58,104 bases of DNA from positions 1-58,104 of the forward strand of contig JANOOJ010000194.1 in the NCBI GenBank assembly GCA_031421295.1, written 5' to 3'. A program made the position numbers and the translations under genes. Under the pieces are notes generated by a model. That model had not been told where the DNA came from, did no database searches, and saw nothing but the letters and a program-made list of their open reading frames with translations. This document shows, piece after piece, positions 1 to 8,737 of this stretch. The stretch comes from Novosphingobium sp. Its GTDB lineage: Bacteria > Pseudomonadota > Alphaproteobacteria > Sphingomonadales > Sphingomonadaceae. The first letter of the stretch is position 1. Every line of letters starts with the position of its first letter.

Positions 1-3000
1 CGCGAATCTTCGGGGTCATAGGTCAGGAACTTGCGCCGCAGGAACGGCCCCATCCGCTTTTCAACGCCGTCGGCCAGGCTGAACCCGGCCGGCACGATCA
101 GCAGGGTCAGCAGCGTCGACAGGATCTGGCCCCCGATCACCACCGTCCCCATTGGCTGGCGAAACGAACTGTCGCCCGACAGCGCGAGCGAGGTCGGGAT
201 CATCCCAGCGGTCATTGCAACAGTCGTCATGACGATCGGCTGTGCTCGCTTGTGCCCGGCCTCCATAATCGCCTGAAATTTGGGAACACCACGCTGCATT
301 TCCTCGATCGCGAAGTCGATCAGCAGGATCGAGTTCTTGGCGACGATCCCGAACAGCATCAGGATCCCGATGAACACCGGCATCGACACCGGCTGCCCGG
401 CGATGAACAGCGCGATCAGCCCGCCCAGCGGCGCAAGGAACAGCGAACCCATATTGACCAGCGGCGAGACGAAGCGGTGGTACAGCAGCACCAGCACCGA
501 GAATACCAGCAGCACACCTGCGGTCAGCGCGATGAAGAAGTTGGTGATCATCTCGGCCTGCCACTCGTCCGCTCCGAACGGCGCGTTCGACACGCCTTGC
601 GGCAGGTTGTTCATGATCGGCAGGGCCTTGATCGCCTTGTCGGCCTCGCCCTTGACCACGTCCGGGGCCAGGTCGGCGCCGACAAACACCCGGCGGCTCT
701 GGTTGTAGCGCTGGATCGAGGTTGGCCCCGAACCGAAGCTGATGTCGGCCACGCTCGACAGCGGGACCGCCGCGCCGGTGGTGGTCGGGACCGGCAAATT
801 GCGCAGCGTATCGAGATTGCGGCGCGATTCGACCGGCAGCTTGACGCGAATCGGCACCTGCCGGTCCGAGAGCGAGAACTTCGCCGCGTTCTGGTCGATT
901 TCACCCAGCGTCGCGACGCGGATCGCCTGGCTCAGCGAGGTGGTGGTCACCCCGAGGCTTGCCGCGAGGTCGAGCCGCGGCGTGATGATGATCTCGGGAC
1001 GGCGCAAATCGGCGGAAAGGCGCGGCGCAACCACTTGCTTGAGGCCGCTCATCTGGTCGATCAGCTTTGCAGCGGTGCGCTCCAGCAGGAGAGGGTCGGA
1101 GCCCGACAGCATCACGTTGATCGGCCGGCTCGAACCACCGCCGGGTCCCGGGCCTCCGCTCATGAAGTTTATCCGCGCGTCGGCAATCTTTTGCAGTTTG
1201 GGCGTGTATTCGCGTTCGAACTCGACGCTCGTGCGGCTGCGGTCGTCCTTGAGCGAGATGAATACCCGGCCATTGCCTTCGCTGACCCGCTCGAGCACTT
1301 CCTTGACGTCGGGGTCGTTGCGGATGACGTCAGCGACCTCGTCGATGACCACTTCGGTTTGGCGCAGCGTGGTCCCGGGAACCATTTCGACCGAAATTCG
1401 GCTGAACGCGCTGTCGCCCGTCGGGAAAAACTCCTGCGGCAGGATTGCGAACATCACGACGGTCAGGCCCAAGGCACCCGCGCCGACGCCCATCATCCAG
1501 ATCCGGTGATCGCGCATCCGGGCAGCGAAGCGTTGCCGGACCGTCAGATACCAGGCCGAGAAGCCGCCCCCGATCAGGCTCGCTAGCAGCGCCGCCAGGC
1601 GGATGAGCACCCAGCCGACCAATCCCCCCGCGACGATCGCGACCATGATCGCCAGGAACGAGGGCAGGCCCAGCGCCGCTAGCGGGGCGTTGGCCGCCCT
1701 GATGGTCATGACGGGGCCCACGCCGATCACTGCAAACAACACCGCCGCCACGAGGTAATACCACCAGTTGGTCGGCACCGTGACCACCCCGGCGCGCATT
1801 GCCTTGGCAATCCTGGTATCGAGCGACCACGACAGAATTCGCATGTAGCGGTCCATCGAGGCGCCTTCGCCGTGGCTTGCCTGCCCCTTCGCCTTGAGGA
1901 AATAGGCCGCGACCATCGGCGTGATCATTCGCGCGACCAGCAGGCTCATCAGCACCGCGGCGACAACCGTCAGGCCGAAATTCTTGAAAAACTGCCCCGA
2001 TACGCCCGGCATGAGACCGACGGGCAGGAACACCGCGACGATCGAGAAAGTGGTCGCAACCACCGCCAGCCCGATCTCGTCGGCGGCGTCGATCGAGGCT
2101 TGGTAGGCGCTTTTGCCCATCCGCATGTGCCGCACGATGTTTTCGATCTCGACGATCGCGTCATCGACCAGCACCCCCGCGACGAGCCCCAGCGCGAGCA
2201 GGCTGAGCCCGTTGAGCGTGAACCCCATTAAATCCATGAACCAGAAGGTCGGGACCGCCGAGAGCGGGATTGCCAGCGCCGAGACGAAAGTCGCACGCCA
2301 ATCGCGCAGGAAGAAGAACACCACGATCACCGCGAGCACCGCACCCTCGACCATGGCTTCGATCGAACTATCGTACTGCGCCTTGATCTCCGGCACCGCC
2401 GTGTAGAGCTTGGTAAACTTGACCTGATCGTTGTTTTCCTTGGCGATCTTGGCCAGCTCGACCACCGCCGCGTCATAGACGCTGACATCGGATTCACCGC
2501 GCGAGCGCGCGATCGAAAAGGTCACCACCTGGCGTCCGGCAACTTTGCCGAGCGAGGTCAGCTCGCCGTAGCGATCGGTGACCCTGGCCACATTGGCGAG
2601 CTTGACGGTGCGCCCGCCGCCCAGGCTGAGTTCGGTCTGCGACAAATCGTAGGCGGTCTTGGCGTTGCCGAGCACCCGGACCGACTGGCGCGATCCGGCA
2701 ATTTCGGCGCGGCCACCCCCAGCGTTGACGTTGATCTGGCGCAGCGCGGCGTTGATCTGGCTCGCGGTCACGCCGATCGACTGCATCCGCGCCGGGTCGA
2801 GTTCGACCGTAATTTCGCGGGTGACGCCGCCATTACGGCCCACTTCGGCCATGCCCGGCACCGAGAGCAGACGCTTGGCCACGGTATCGTCGATGAACCA
2901 GCTGAGTTGCTCGATCGTCATGTCATTAGCGGAAACCGCGAAATAACCGATCGGCTCGCCCGAAGTTTCGGCCTTGAACACCTGCGGCTCGAGAATCCCG

Positions 3001-3371
3001 TCGGGCAGATCGCCGCGGGTCTGATCGACCGCATTCTTGACCTGGTTTACCGCCTCGGAGATGTCGGTGCCGATCGCGAACTCGATCATCGTCTGGTTGC
3101 GGCCCTCTTGCGCGGTGGAGGAAATCGTCTGAACCCCGTTGATCGAGCGGACACCCGCCTCGACCCGCTGGGTGATCTGGGTTTCGATTTCGCTCGGCGC
3201 AGCGCCGGGCTGCGCGACGACCACGATCACCATCGGAAACTCGATGTCGGGATCGCCCTGGATCTTCATCCCCATGAACGCGACGATGCCCGCCAGTGTG
3301 AGGCCGATGAACAGCACGATCGGGACCACCGGATTGCGGATCGACCAGGCGGAAAGATTGCGGAAATTCAT
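1..3371 (-). CDS. RND efflux transporter permease (AcrB/AcrD/AcrF family); 3' end runs off the window
   Basis: Not in the ORF track (no stop in window). My translation from ATG at 3371: MNFRNLSAWSIRNPVVPIVLF...GVLVDDAIVEIENIVRH...GIVAKNSILLIDFA...RAQPIVMTT, the canonical RND TM4/TM10/TM11 motifs; directly downstream of an MFP gene. Confidence 0.95.
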   Translation of the reverse strand, partial: MNFRNLSAWSIRNPVVPIVLFIGLTLAGIVAFMGMKIQGDPDIEFPMVIVVVAQPGAAPSEIETQITQRVEAGVRSINGVQTISSTAQEGRNQTMIEFAIGTDISEAVNQVKNAVDQTRGDLPDGILEPQVFKAETSGEPIGYFAVSANDMTIEQLSWFIDDTVAKRLLSVPGMAEVGRNGGVTREITVELDPARMQSIGVTASQINAALRQINVNAGGGRAEIAGSRQSVRVLGNAKTAYDLSQTELSLGGGRTVKLANVARVTDRYGELTSLGKVAGRQVVTFSIARSRGESDVSVYDAAVVELAKIAKENNDQVKFTKLYTAVPEIKAQYDSSIEAMVEGAVLAVIVVFFFLRDWRATFVSALAIPLSAVPTFWFMDLMGFTLNGLSLLALGLVAGVLVDDAIVEIENIVRHMRMGKSAYQASIDAADEIGLAVVATTFSIVAVFLPVGLMPGVSGQFFKNFGLTVVAAVLMSLLVARMITPMVAAYFLKAKGQASHGEGASMDRYMRILSWSLDTRIAKAMRAGVVTVPTNWWYYLVAAVLFAVIGVGPVMTIRAANAPLAALGLPSFLAIMVAIVAGGLVGWVLIRLAALLASLIGGGFSAWYLTVRQRFAARMRDHRIWMMGVGAGALGLTVVMFAILPQEFFPTGDSAFSRISVEMVPGTTLRQTEVVIDEVADVIRNDPDVKEVLERVSEGNGRVFISLKDDRSRTSVEFEREYTPKLQKIADARINFMSGGPGPGGGSSRPINVMLSGSDPLLLERTAAKLIDQMSGLKQVVAPRLSADLRRPEIIITPRLDLAASLGVTTTSLSQAIRVATLGEIDQNAAKFSLSDRQVPIRVKLPVESRRNLDTLRNLPVPTTTGAAVPLSSVADISFGSGPTSIQRYNQSRRVFVGADLAPDVVKGEADKAIKALPIMNNLPQGVSNAPFGADEWQAEMITNFFIALTAGVLLVFSVLVLLYHRFVSPLVNMGSLFLAPLGGLIALFIAGQPVSMPVFIGILMLFGIVAKNSILLIDFAIEEMQRGVPKFQAIMEAGHKRAQPIVMTTVAMTAGMIPTSLALSGDSSFRQPMGTVVIGGQILSTLLTLLIVPAGFSLADGVEKRMGPFLRRKFLTYDPEDS

Positions 3372-3405
3372 GGCTCGTCCTGTACTTGCGCGCGGCGCAA
3401 CGGGA

Positions 3406-4590
3406 TTAAGGCTTGACCGACTTGGGGTTGACCGTTTCGCCCGGGGTGAGGAAGCCACCGGCCCGCAGAACCACCCGTTCGGTGCCGTTCAGCCCCTCAA
3501 TAATCGCGATCCCCTGGGCGTTGACCGTACCCGTCCTGACACTCTGGCGGACGACCTTGTTGTCTTTGCCAACGATCAGCACGTAGCTGCCCTTGGCATC
3601 GGAGAGGATCGCCGATTCGGGCAGCAGCGGCGCCACTACCGTGCCCGACTTGATCACCGCCGAGGCGAAGCCGCCGGGACGCAGCCCTGGCGCATAGGCC
3701 AGCGCCACCCGCGCAACGCCCTGGCGCGATTGCGGATCGATGACCGGGGCGATCTGCCAGACCTGGCCGGTGAAGCTGCGCGGGCTGCCGACCGGGGTCA
3801 CTTCGACCCCAACCCCCGGCGCCAGCATCGCCAGATCGGATTCGCCCAATTTGGCAAGCAGTTCCATTTCGCCGCCCTTGGCGATCCGGAACAACACGCC
3901 GCTACCGGCCCCGACGGTCTGGCCGGGTTCGACATTGCGTTCGAGCACCAGTCCGGCCGCCGGCGCGACGATATTGAGCCGCGCCGCCTGCGCCTGCAAC
4001 TGCCCGAGGGTCGCGCGCGCCACGCGAATACGGGCGTTGGCCGAATCGCGGGTCGCGGTCAGACGATCGACATCGGCGCGCGAGATGAAGCCGCGCTCGA
4101 CCAGCTTGAGCGCCCGGTCGAGATTGGCCTGCGCCAGCCGCGCATCGGCTTGGGCGACCTGGACCTGCGCGGCCTGGCCGGCCTGCTGCTGGGTTTGCAC
4201 CGAGCGATCGACCACCGCCAGCACCTGGCCCTGCCCGACCCACTGGCCCGGCTCGACCCGCACCGACACCACCTGCCCGCCTTCGCCGGTCGAGCCGACC
4301 GGCATTTCGCGGCGCGCCGCCAGCGTGCCCGTGGCGTTGATGGTTCCTTCGATCGTCGTCCGCCCGGGGGAGACCACCGAGACAACCGGCGCCTGCGAAG
4401 CCTTGTCCGCGCCGAGTTCGGGCTCACCGCCGCTCTTCATCATGAACCACACCGCAGTCAGCAGCGCGGCAACCACCAGTCCGATCACGATCAGGCGGCG
4501 GCGCGAGCGCCGATCCTCGGCCTCGACTTCGGTCAACGGGTCGAGCGCGTCATGCGCGTTAATCGTGGTTTCGTAGTTCATCGCGTCCAC
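3406..4590 (-). CDS. RND efflux periplasmic adaptor (membrane fusion protein)
   Basis: N-terminal TM anchor, lipoyl/hairpin motifs (VRVEPGQWVGQGQVLA, IVAPAAGLVLERNVEPGQTV); upstream of the permease. Start may be ATG 4581. Confidence 0.93.
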   Translation of the reverse strand: MDAMNYETTINAHDALDPLTEVEAEDRRSRRRLIVIGLVVAALLTAVWFMMKSGGEPELGADKASQAPVVSVVSPGRTTIEGTINATGTLAARREMPVGSTGEGGQVVSVRVEPGQWVGQGQVLAVVDRSVQTQQQAGQAAQVQVAQADARLAQANLDRALKLVERGFISRADVDRLTATRDSANARIRVARATLGQLQAQAARLNIVAPAAGLVLERNVEPGQTVGAGSGVLFRIAKGGEMELLAKLGESDLAMLAPGVGVEVTPVGSPRSFTGQVWQIAPVIDPQSRQGVARVALAYAPGLRPGGFASAVIKSGTVVAPLLPESAILSDAKGSYVLIVGKDNKVVRQSVRTGTVNAQGIAIIEGLNGTERVVLRAGGFLTPGETVNPKSVKP

Positions 4591-4789
4591 CGCTCTCGTC
4601 TCGGCCCAATCACATCAAGTCGGGACTGTATTAATCTACTAAGGCACCCTCGGCAAGACACTTGCGGTCGGAGGCGCAATCGCACCGGATTTCAGGGAAA
4701 AATCGTGAGGCAGGGCATAGAGAAGCTGGCGCAGGGTGGCAATGCGCCTTCGCCCAACGACATGCTGGCGTCGAGCAGCGCAGAGACGC

Positions 4790-4819
4790 AAAACGGGGGC
4801 GGCCTCGCGACTGCCCCCG
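4790..4819 (-). terminator. Probable intrinsic terminator after the GlsB-like gene
   Basis: Minus strand CGGGGGC...GCCCCCG stem followed by TTTT, about 45 bp after the stop at 4862. Confidence 0.55.
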
Positions 4820-4848
4820 CCAGATTGCAGGCCCCGCCAGATTGCAGG
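4815..4848. repeat. Perfect 2 x 17 bp tandem repeat CCCCGCCAGATTGCAGG
   Basis: Units at 4815-4831 and 4832-4848 read directly. Confidence 0.85.
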
Positions 4849-4861
4849 CGATGTCAGCAGA

Positions 4862-5125
4862 TTAGCGAACGCGGCCGCGTTGGACCAGATTGACGATTGC
4901 CAGAAGGACGACTGCGCCGAGCAGGGCGATCAACAGCCCGGTCAGCGAAAATTCCTGCACCGATCCGGCATAACCGAACTGGTTGGCGATCAGATTGCCG
5001 ACCACCGATCCGATGCAACCGACGATAATATTCATCACGATACCCATCGAGGCGTCGCGGTTCATGACCATGCTGGCCAGCCAGCCGGCGGCACCACCAA
5101 CGATCAATGCGATAATCCAACCCAT
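4862..5125 (-). CDS. GlsB/YeaQ/YmgE family (transglycosylase-associated) small membrane protein
   Basis: MGWIIALIVGGAAGWLASMVM...NIIVGCIGSVVG...LLGAVVLLAIV; AGGAGG RBS upstream of ATG 5125. Confidence 0.92.
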   Translation of the reverse strand: MGWIIALIVGGAAGWLASMVMNRDASMGIVMNIIVGCIGSVVGNLIANQFGYAGSVQEFSLTGLLIALLGAVVLLAIVNLVQRGRVR

Positions 5126-5300
5126 GTTTATCCTCCTGTTGTGTCCGTGGACTGCCGACAATGCGCATCGGCAGGCGACCGTACGAACCACAGCGGATCC
5201 GCCGGATTTTCAGGAGACTATAGAAGCAAGTAACGGTTGTCTTGTGACTTTTTGGGAGTTCAGCCGCCCAGCCCAAGCGCGGCAGGTTGAGTGCGAAATC

Positions 5301-5603
5301 TCAGTATTTGAGCTGGCGCTCGTACAGGTCGCGGTAGTGCTGGATGCGCGTTACCCTGAGGCCCTGCATGCCCGAGCGATCCACCGCACGCTGCCACGAC
5401 GCAAATTCCTCGAGCGTGAGGCTGTAGCGCTCGCACACTTCGTCGATCGACAACAGGCCTCCATTGACCGCAGCGACCACTTCGGCCTTGCGGCGCACCA
5501 CCCAGCGGGTGGTCTGGGGCGCGGGCAGCGACTCGATCGTAAGCGGCTCGCCGAGCGGGCCGATCACCATTGCCGGTCGAATCTTCTGGTTCTCGATCAT
5601 CAT
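5301..5603 (-). CDS. sciP: SciP / DUF1153 CtrA inhibitor
   Basis: VIGPLGEPLTIESLP..TTRWVVRRKAEVVAAVNGGLLSIDEVCERYSLTLEEFASWQ...GLRVTRIQHYR; divergent from mnmA as in other alphaproteobacteria. Confidence 0.92.
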   Translation of the reverse strand: MMIENQKIRPAMVIGPLGEPLTIESLPAPQTTRWVVRRKAEVVAAVNGGLLSIDEVCERYSLTLEEFASWQRAVDRSGMQGLRVTRIQHYRDLYERQLKY

Positions 5604-5932
5604 TTTCCTCGATCGCCGGAGCTGGTTGGACCGGCGACATTTGCCGCTATGCCTGCGGGGGGTTTGCCATCCGCTAAATCAGTTGGGTTAACGGGCTGCG
5701 AAGGTGCGGTTAGCCGAACCTCGTGCGCGGCCAGCGCAGCCGCCGCTTCACCGTCGAAACTGCCCAACCGTTCGGCGGGCGGGGCAAGCGCGAGAATCGA
5801 ACGCCGCGCCGCATGTGCCGTCGCCAGCCGTGCATGCAGCCCATGCCAGTCGAACCCGCTCGATGCGAAGTCCGGCGCACTCCCGGTGCGGGGTCCGGCA
5901 AGCTGGCCGGCCAGGGCGAATCCCATGTCCAT
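5600..5932 (-). CDS. Hypothetical protein, stop overlaps sciP start
   Basis: 110 aa ORF filling the sciP-mnmA gap; ATGA overlap at 5600-5603. No family recognised. Confidence 0.45.
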   Translation of the reverse strand: MDMGFALAGQLAGPRTGSAPDFASSGFDWHGLHARLATAHAARRSILALAPPAERLGSFDGEAAAALAAHEVRLTAPSQPVNPTDLADGKPPAGIAANVAGPTSSGDRGK

Positions 5933-6082
5933 GGACGCTGCTCTAGCGCAGAGATGGTCAAGGTCCGGTAAAGCCCGGCTTTACGAAGCGTTGAGGATAG
6001 TTAACCGTTTCGGAGCACGGCGAACCGGGGGTGCCCGCACAAGATTTGGCCATATCGCCGGGGAAGTGTATGGGCGCGGGCG

Positions 6083-7231
6083 ATGGCTACCGCCCCTCTC
6101 CTGCCCGCGCTGGCCCGGCACGCCGCGCTGTTCCAGCTGGCCGATTCGCCCACGCCCCGGCGGATCGTCGTGGCGATGTCGGGCGGGGTCGATAGCTCGG
6201 TGGTTGCCGCGCTCGCCGCTGCTAGCGGGGCCGAGACCATCGGCATCACGCTCCAGCTCTACGATCACGGCGCGGCGAGTGGCCGCAACGGCGCGTGCTG
6301 CGCGGGCGACGACATCCGCGATGCGCGCAGTGTCGCGGACCGGCTCGGCATCGCGCATTACGTGTTCGATCATGCCTCGGCCTTCCGCGCAGAAGTGGTC
6401 GAGCAATTCGCTGCGGATTACCTCGCCGGGCGCACCCCGATCCCCTGCATTCGCTGCAATATGGGACCCAAGTTCACCGATCTGTTCGCGATGGCGCGTG
6501 AGCTCGGCGCGGATTGCCTCGCCACCGGGCATTATGTTCGCCGGGTCGAGGCCGCCAGCGGGCCGCAGCTCCACCGCGCCGCCGATCCGGCGCGCGACCA
6601 GAGCTATTTCCTCTACGCCACTACCGAAGCGCAGCTCGACTATCTGCGGTTCCCGCTGGGCAGCCTGCCCAAGGCGCAGGTGCGCGAACTGGCCGAGGCC
6701 GCCGGACTGCGCAACGCGGCCAAGCCCGACAGCCAGGACATCTGCTTTGTCCCCGATGGCGATTACGCCAAGGTGGTGCGCGCGATCCGTCCCGAAGGTG
6801 AAGCGCCCGGGCCAATCGTCCATGCCGAAACCGGCGCAGTGCTGGGGACCCATCGCGGGGTGATCCATTATACCGTGGGCCAGCGCCGCGGGATCGAGAT
6901 CGGCGGCCAGCCCGAACCGCTCTATGTCACCGCGATCGACGCCAAGGAGCGCCAGGTGCGGGTCGGACCCAAGCGCCTGCTGGCGGTCGGCGCGGCGCGG
7001 ATTATCGAGACCAATCGTATCGGCCCGCTGTCGGATCAGCCGCTGACCGCCAAGGTCCGCTCACTGGCCAAGCCCGTCCCGGTGACGCTCGATGGCCCGC
7101 TGGGAGATGGCGCGGCAATCACGATCCGCTTTGCCATGCCCGAATACGGCGTCGCCCCCGGCCAGGCGGCGGTGCTTTATGCGGGCGAACGGGTGGTCGG
7201 CGGCGGCTGGATCGCTTCGACCGAAGTTTAG
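6083..7231 (+). CDS. mnmA: tRNA 2-thiouridine synthase MnmA
   Basis: [53 protein letters not shown] motifs. Confidence 0.97.
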   Translation: MATAPLLPALARHAALFQLADSPTPRRIVVAMSGGVDSSVVAALAAASGAETIGITLQLYDHGAASGRNGACCAGDDIRDARSVADRLGIAHYVFDHASAFRAEVVEQFAADYLAGRTPIPCIRCNMGPKFTDLFAMARELGADCLATGHYVRRVEAASGPQLHRAADPARDQSYFLYATTEAQLDYLRFPLGSLPKAQVRELAEAAGLRNAAKPDSQDICFVPDGDYAKVVRAIRPEGEAPGPIVHAETGAVLGTHRGVIHYTVGQRRGIEIGGQPEPLYVTAIDAKERQVRVGPKRLLAVGAARIIETNRIGPLSDQPLTAKVRSLAKPVPVTLDGPLGDGAAITIRFAMPEYGVAPGQAAVLYAGERVVGGGWIASTEV

Positions 7232-7575
7232 TCCGCCCACTGCTCCAGCACGCAGCCTTGCCCCTCGCGGAACATCGCGGTCTGCGGGGCGAGCAGCGCA
7301 AAGCGCGCGGTGACGCTCTTGGCGGCAGTATCCTCGCTCAGCGTGACCAATTCCATCCCGGCTTCCATGTCCTTCTTGCAATCGGTCAGGCTGCGCCCTC
7401 CGGCATAGCGGCACGAGCAGGCGACGCGCGCGCCGTAGGAGCTGCCGGTCACCGCATAGGATGCGATCGGCCCCCAGAACACCGCCACCAGCGCCGCCAG
7501 CAGCGTCAGCCCGAGCAGCAGCATCCGGCGCGATCGGCGGCGCGGCATGGTCGATTGGGGGTTTGCGGTTGCCAT
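7228..7575 (-). CDS. Membrane-anchored hypothetical protein resembling the N-terminal domain of some class C-like serine hydrolases
   Basis: Basic N-terminus, TM helix, then [16 protein letters not shown]...[24 protein letters not shown]. Start 7575 or 7548. Confidence 0.7.
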   Translation of the reverse strand: MATANPQSTMPRRRSRRMLLLGLTLLAALVAVFWGPIASYAVTGSSYGARVACSCRYAGGRSLTDCKKDMEAGMELVTLSEDTAAKSVTARFALLAPQTAMFREGQGCVLEQWAD

Positions 7576-7606
7576 CGGGACTCTGCTTGCGCATGGAAAG
7601 CGCGCC

Positions 7607-8737
7607 ATGTCGATGCGCCGCCTGTCCCTTATCCTGCCGCTCGCGCTGCTGCCAGCCCTGATCGGTTGCGGCGACACGGCCCCGCCGCCGCTGCCGCCGC
7701 TGAGTGCGGCGGCGATCAAGGCGGTGGCCGAAAAGCCCGGCATTGCACGCGAGAAACTGGCCCGCGCGGTCGATACTTTGTTTACTGATCCCGCAACCCA
7801 AGAGACCCGCGCGGTGGTGGTGGTTCGCAGCGGTCGGATCGTCGCCGAACGCTATGGCCCCGGCTATCACGAAAACACGCGCTTCGTCAGCTGGTCGATG
7901 GCCAAGAGCGTGACGGGCGTGCTGATCGGGCTGCTGGTCGCCGATGGCCGCCTGCGGCTCGACGAGAGCGCCCCGGTGCCCGGCTGGGACCGCCCCGGCG
8001 ATCCGCGCGGCGAGATCACCCTGCGCCAGCTGCTCCAGATGCGCTCAGGCCTGCGCCACACCGAGGCGGGCGATCCGCCGTATGAATCCGACGAAGTGCG
8101 GATGCTGTTCCTCGACGGGCGCGACAATATGGCCGCCTATGCCGAAAGCCAGCCGCTCGAGGCCGAGCCGGGGCGCAAGTGGGAGTATTCCTCGAACACC
8201 ACCGTGATCCTCGCCGACATCGCCGCGCGCGCGCTGACCGCGAGCGCCGATCCGGCAGCGCGGCGTCAGGCGGTGACCGATTATCTGCGCACGCGGCTGT
8301 TCGAACCGCTGGGGATGAAATCGATGCTCCCCGAATTCGACGCTTCGGGTACGCTGATCGGTGGCAGCCTGATCCACGGCACCGCGCGCGACTGGGCCAA
8401 GTTCGGCGAGTTCCTGCGCAAGGGCGGTTCGGCGGGCGGCGCGCAGCTGGTCCCGCGCGCTTGGATCGACTTCATGCTTGCCGCCAATCCGCGCAACCCC
8501 GGCTATGGCGCGCAGATCTGGCGCAACCGCCCGCAAGTCGGCAGCGGCAAGCTCGAGTTTCCCGGCGCGCCGGGTTCGGTCTTCTCGGCCAACGGCCATC
8601 TCGGCCAATATGTCGTGGTGTCGCCGTCGCAGGCACTGACCGTGGTGCGGCTCGGCAAGACCAACGACGGCGCGCTCGATCCGGTGCGCGCGCGGATTGC
8701 CGAGCTGATCCGGCTGTTCCAGGCAGCGGCGAAGTGA
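7607..8737 (+). CDS. Serine hydrolase, beta-lactamase/AmpC-like family, probable lipoprotein
   Basis: SxxK (SWSMAKS), LRQLLQMRSGL, YSS, lipobox-like LIGC. Confidence 0.9.
   Translation: MSMRRLSLILPLALLPALIGCGDTAPPPLPPLSAAAIKAVAEKPGIAREKLARAVDTLFTDPATQETRAVVVVRSGRIVAERYGPGYHENTRFVSWSMAKSVTGVLIGLLVADGRLRLDESAPVPGWDRPGDPRGEITLRQLLQMRSGLRHTEAGDPPYESDEVRMLFLDGRDNMAAYAESQPLEAEPGRKWEYSSNTTVILADIAARALTASADPAARRQAVTDYLRTRLFEPLGMKSMLPEFDASGTLIGGSLIHGTARDWAKFGEFLRKGGSAGGAQLVPRAWIDFMLAANPRNPGYGAQIWRNRPQVGSGKLEFPGAPGSVFSANGHLGQYVVVSPSQALTVVRLGKTNDGALDPVRARIAELIRLFQAAAK

Noticed and set aside
5130-5300. EcfG (general stress) promoter before the GlsB-like gene
   Set aside because: GAAC and CGTT elements are about 22 bp apart rather than 16-17.
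5670-6010. Full CtrA boxes upstream of sciP
   Set aside because: Only TTAAC half-sites; spacings do not give TTAA-N7-TTAA.
252-6863. Long + strand ORFs (252-1586, 3139-4893, 4983-6863) and many similar ORFs throughout the track
   Set aside because: Antisense or off-frame shadows of well-supported genes, typical of high-GC DNA; no recognisable motifs.
7607-8737. Antibiotic-resistance beta-lactamase
   Set aside because: Has SxxK but YSS and ANG in place of AmpC YxN/KTG; more likely an esterase or amidase.
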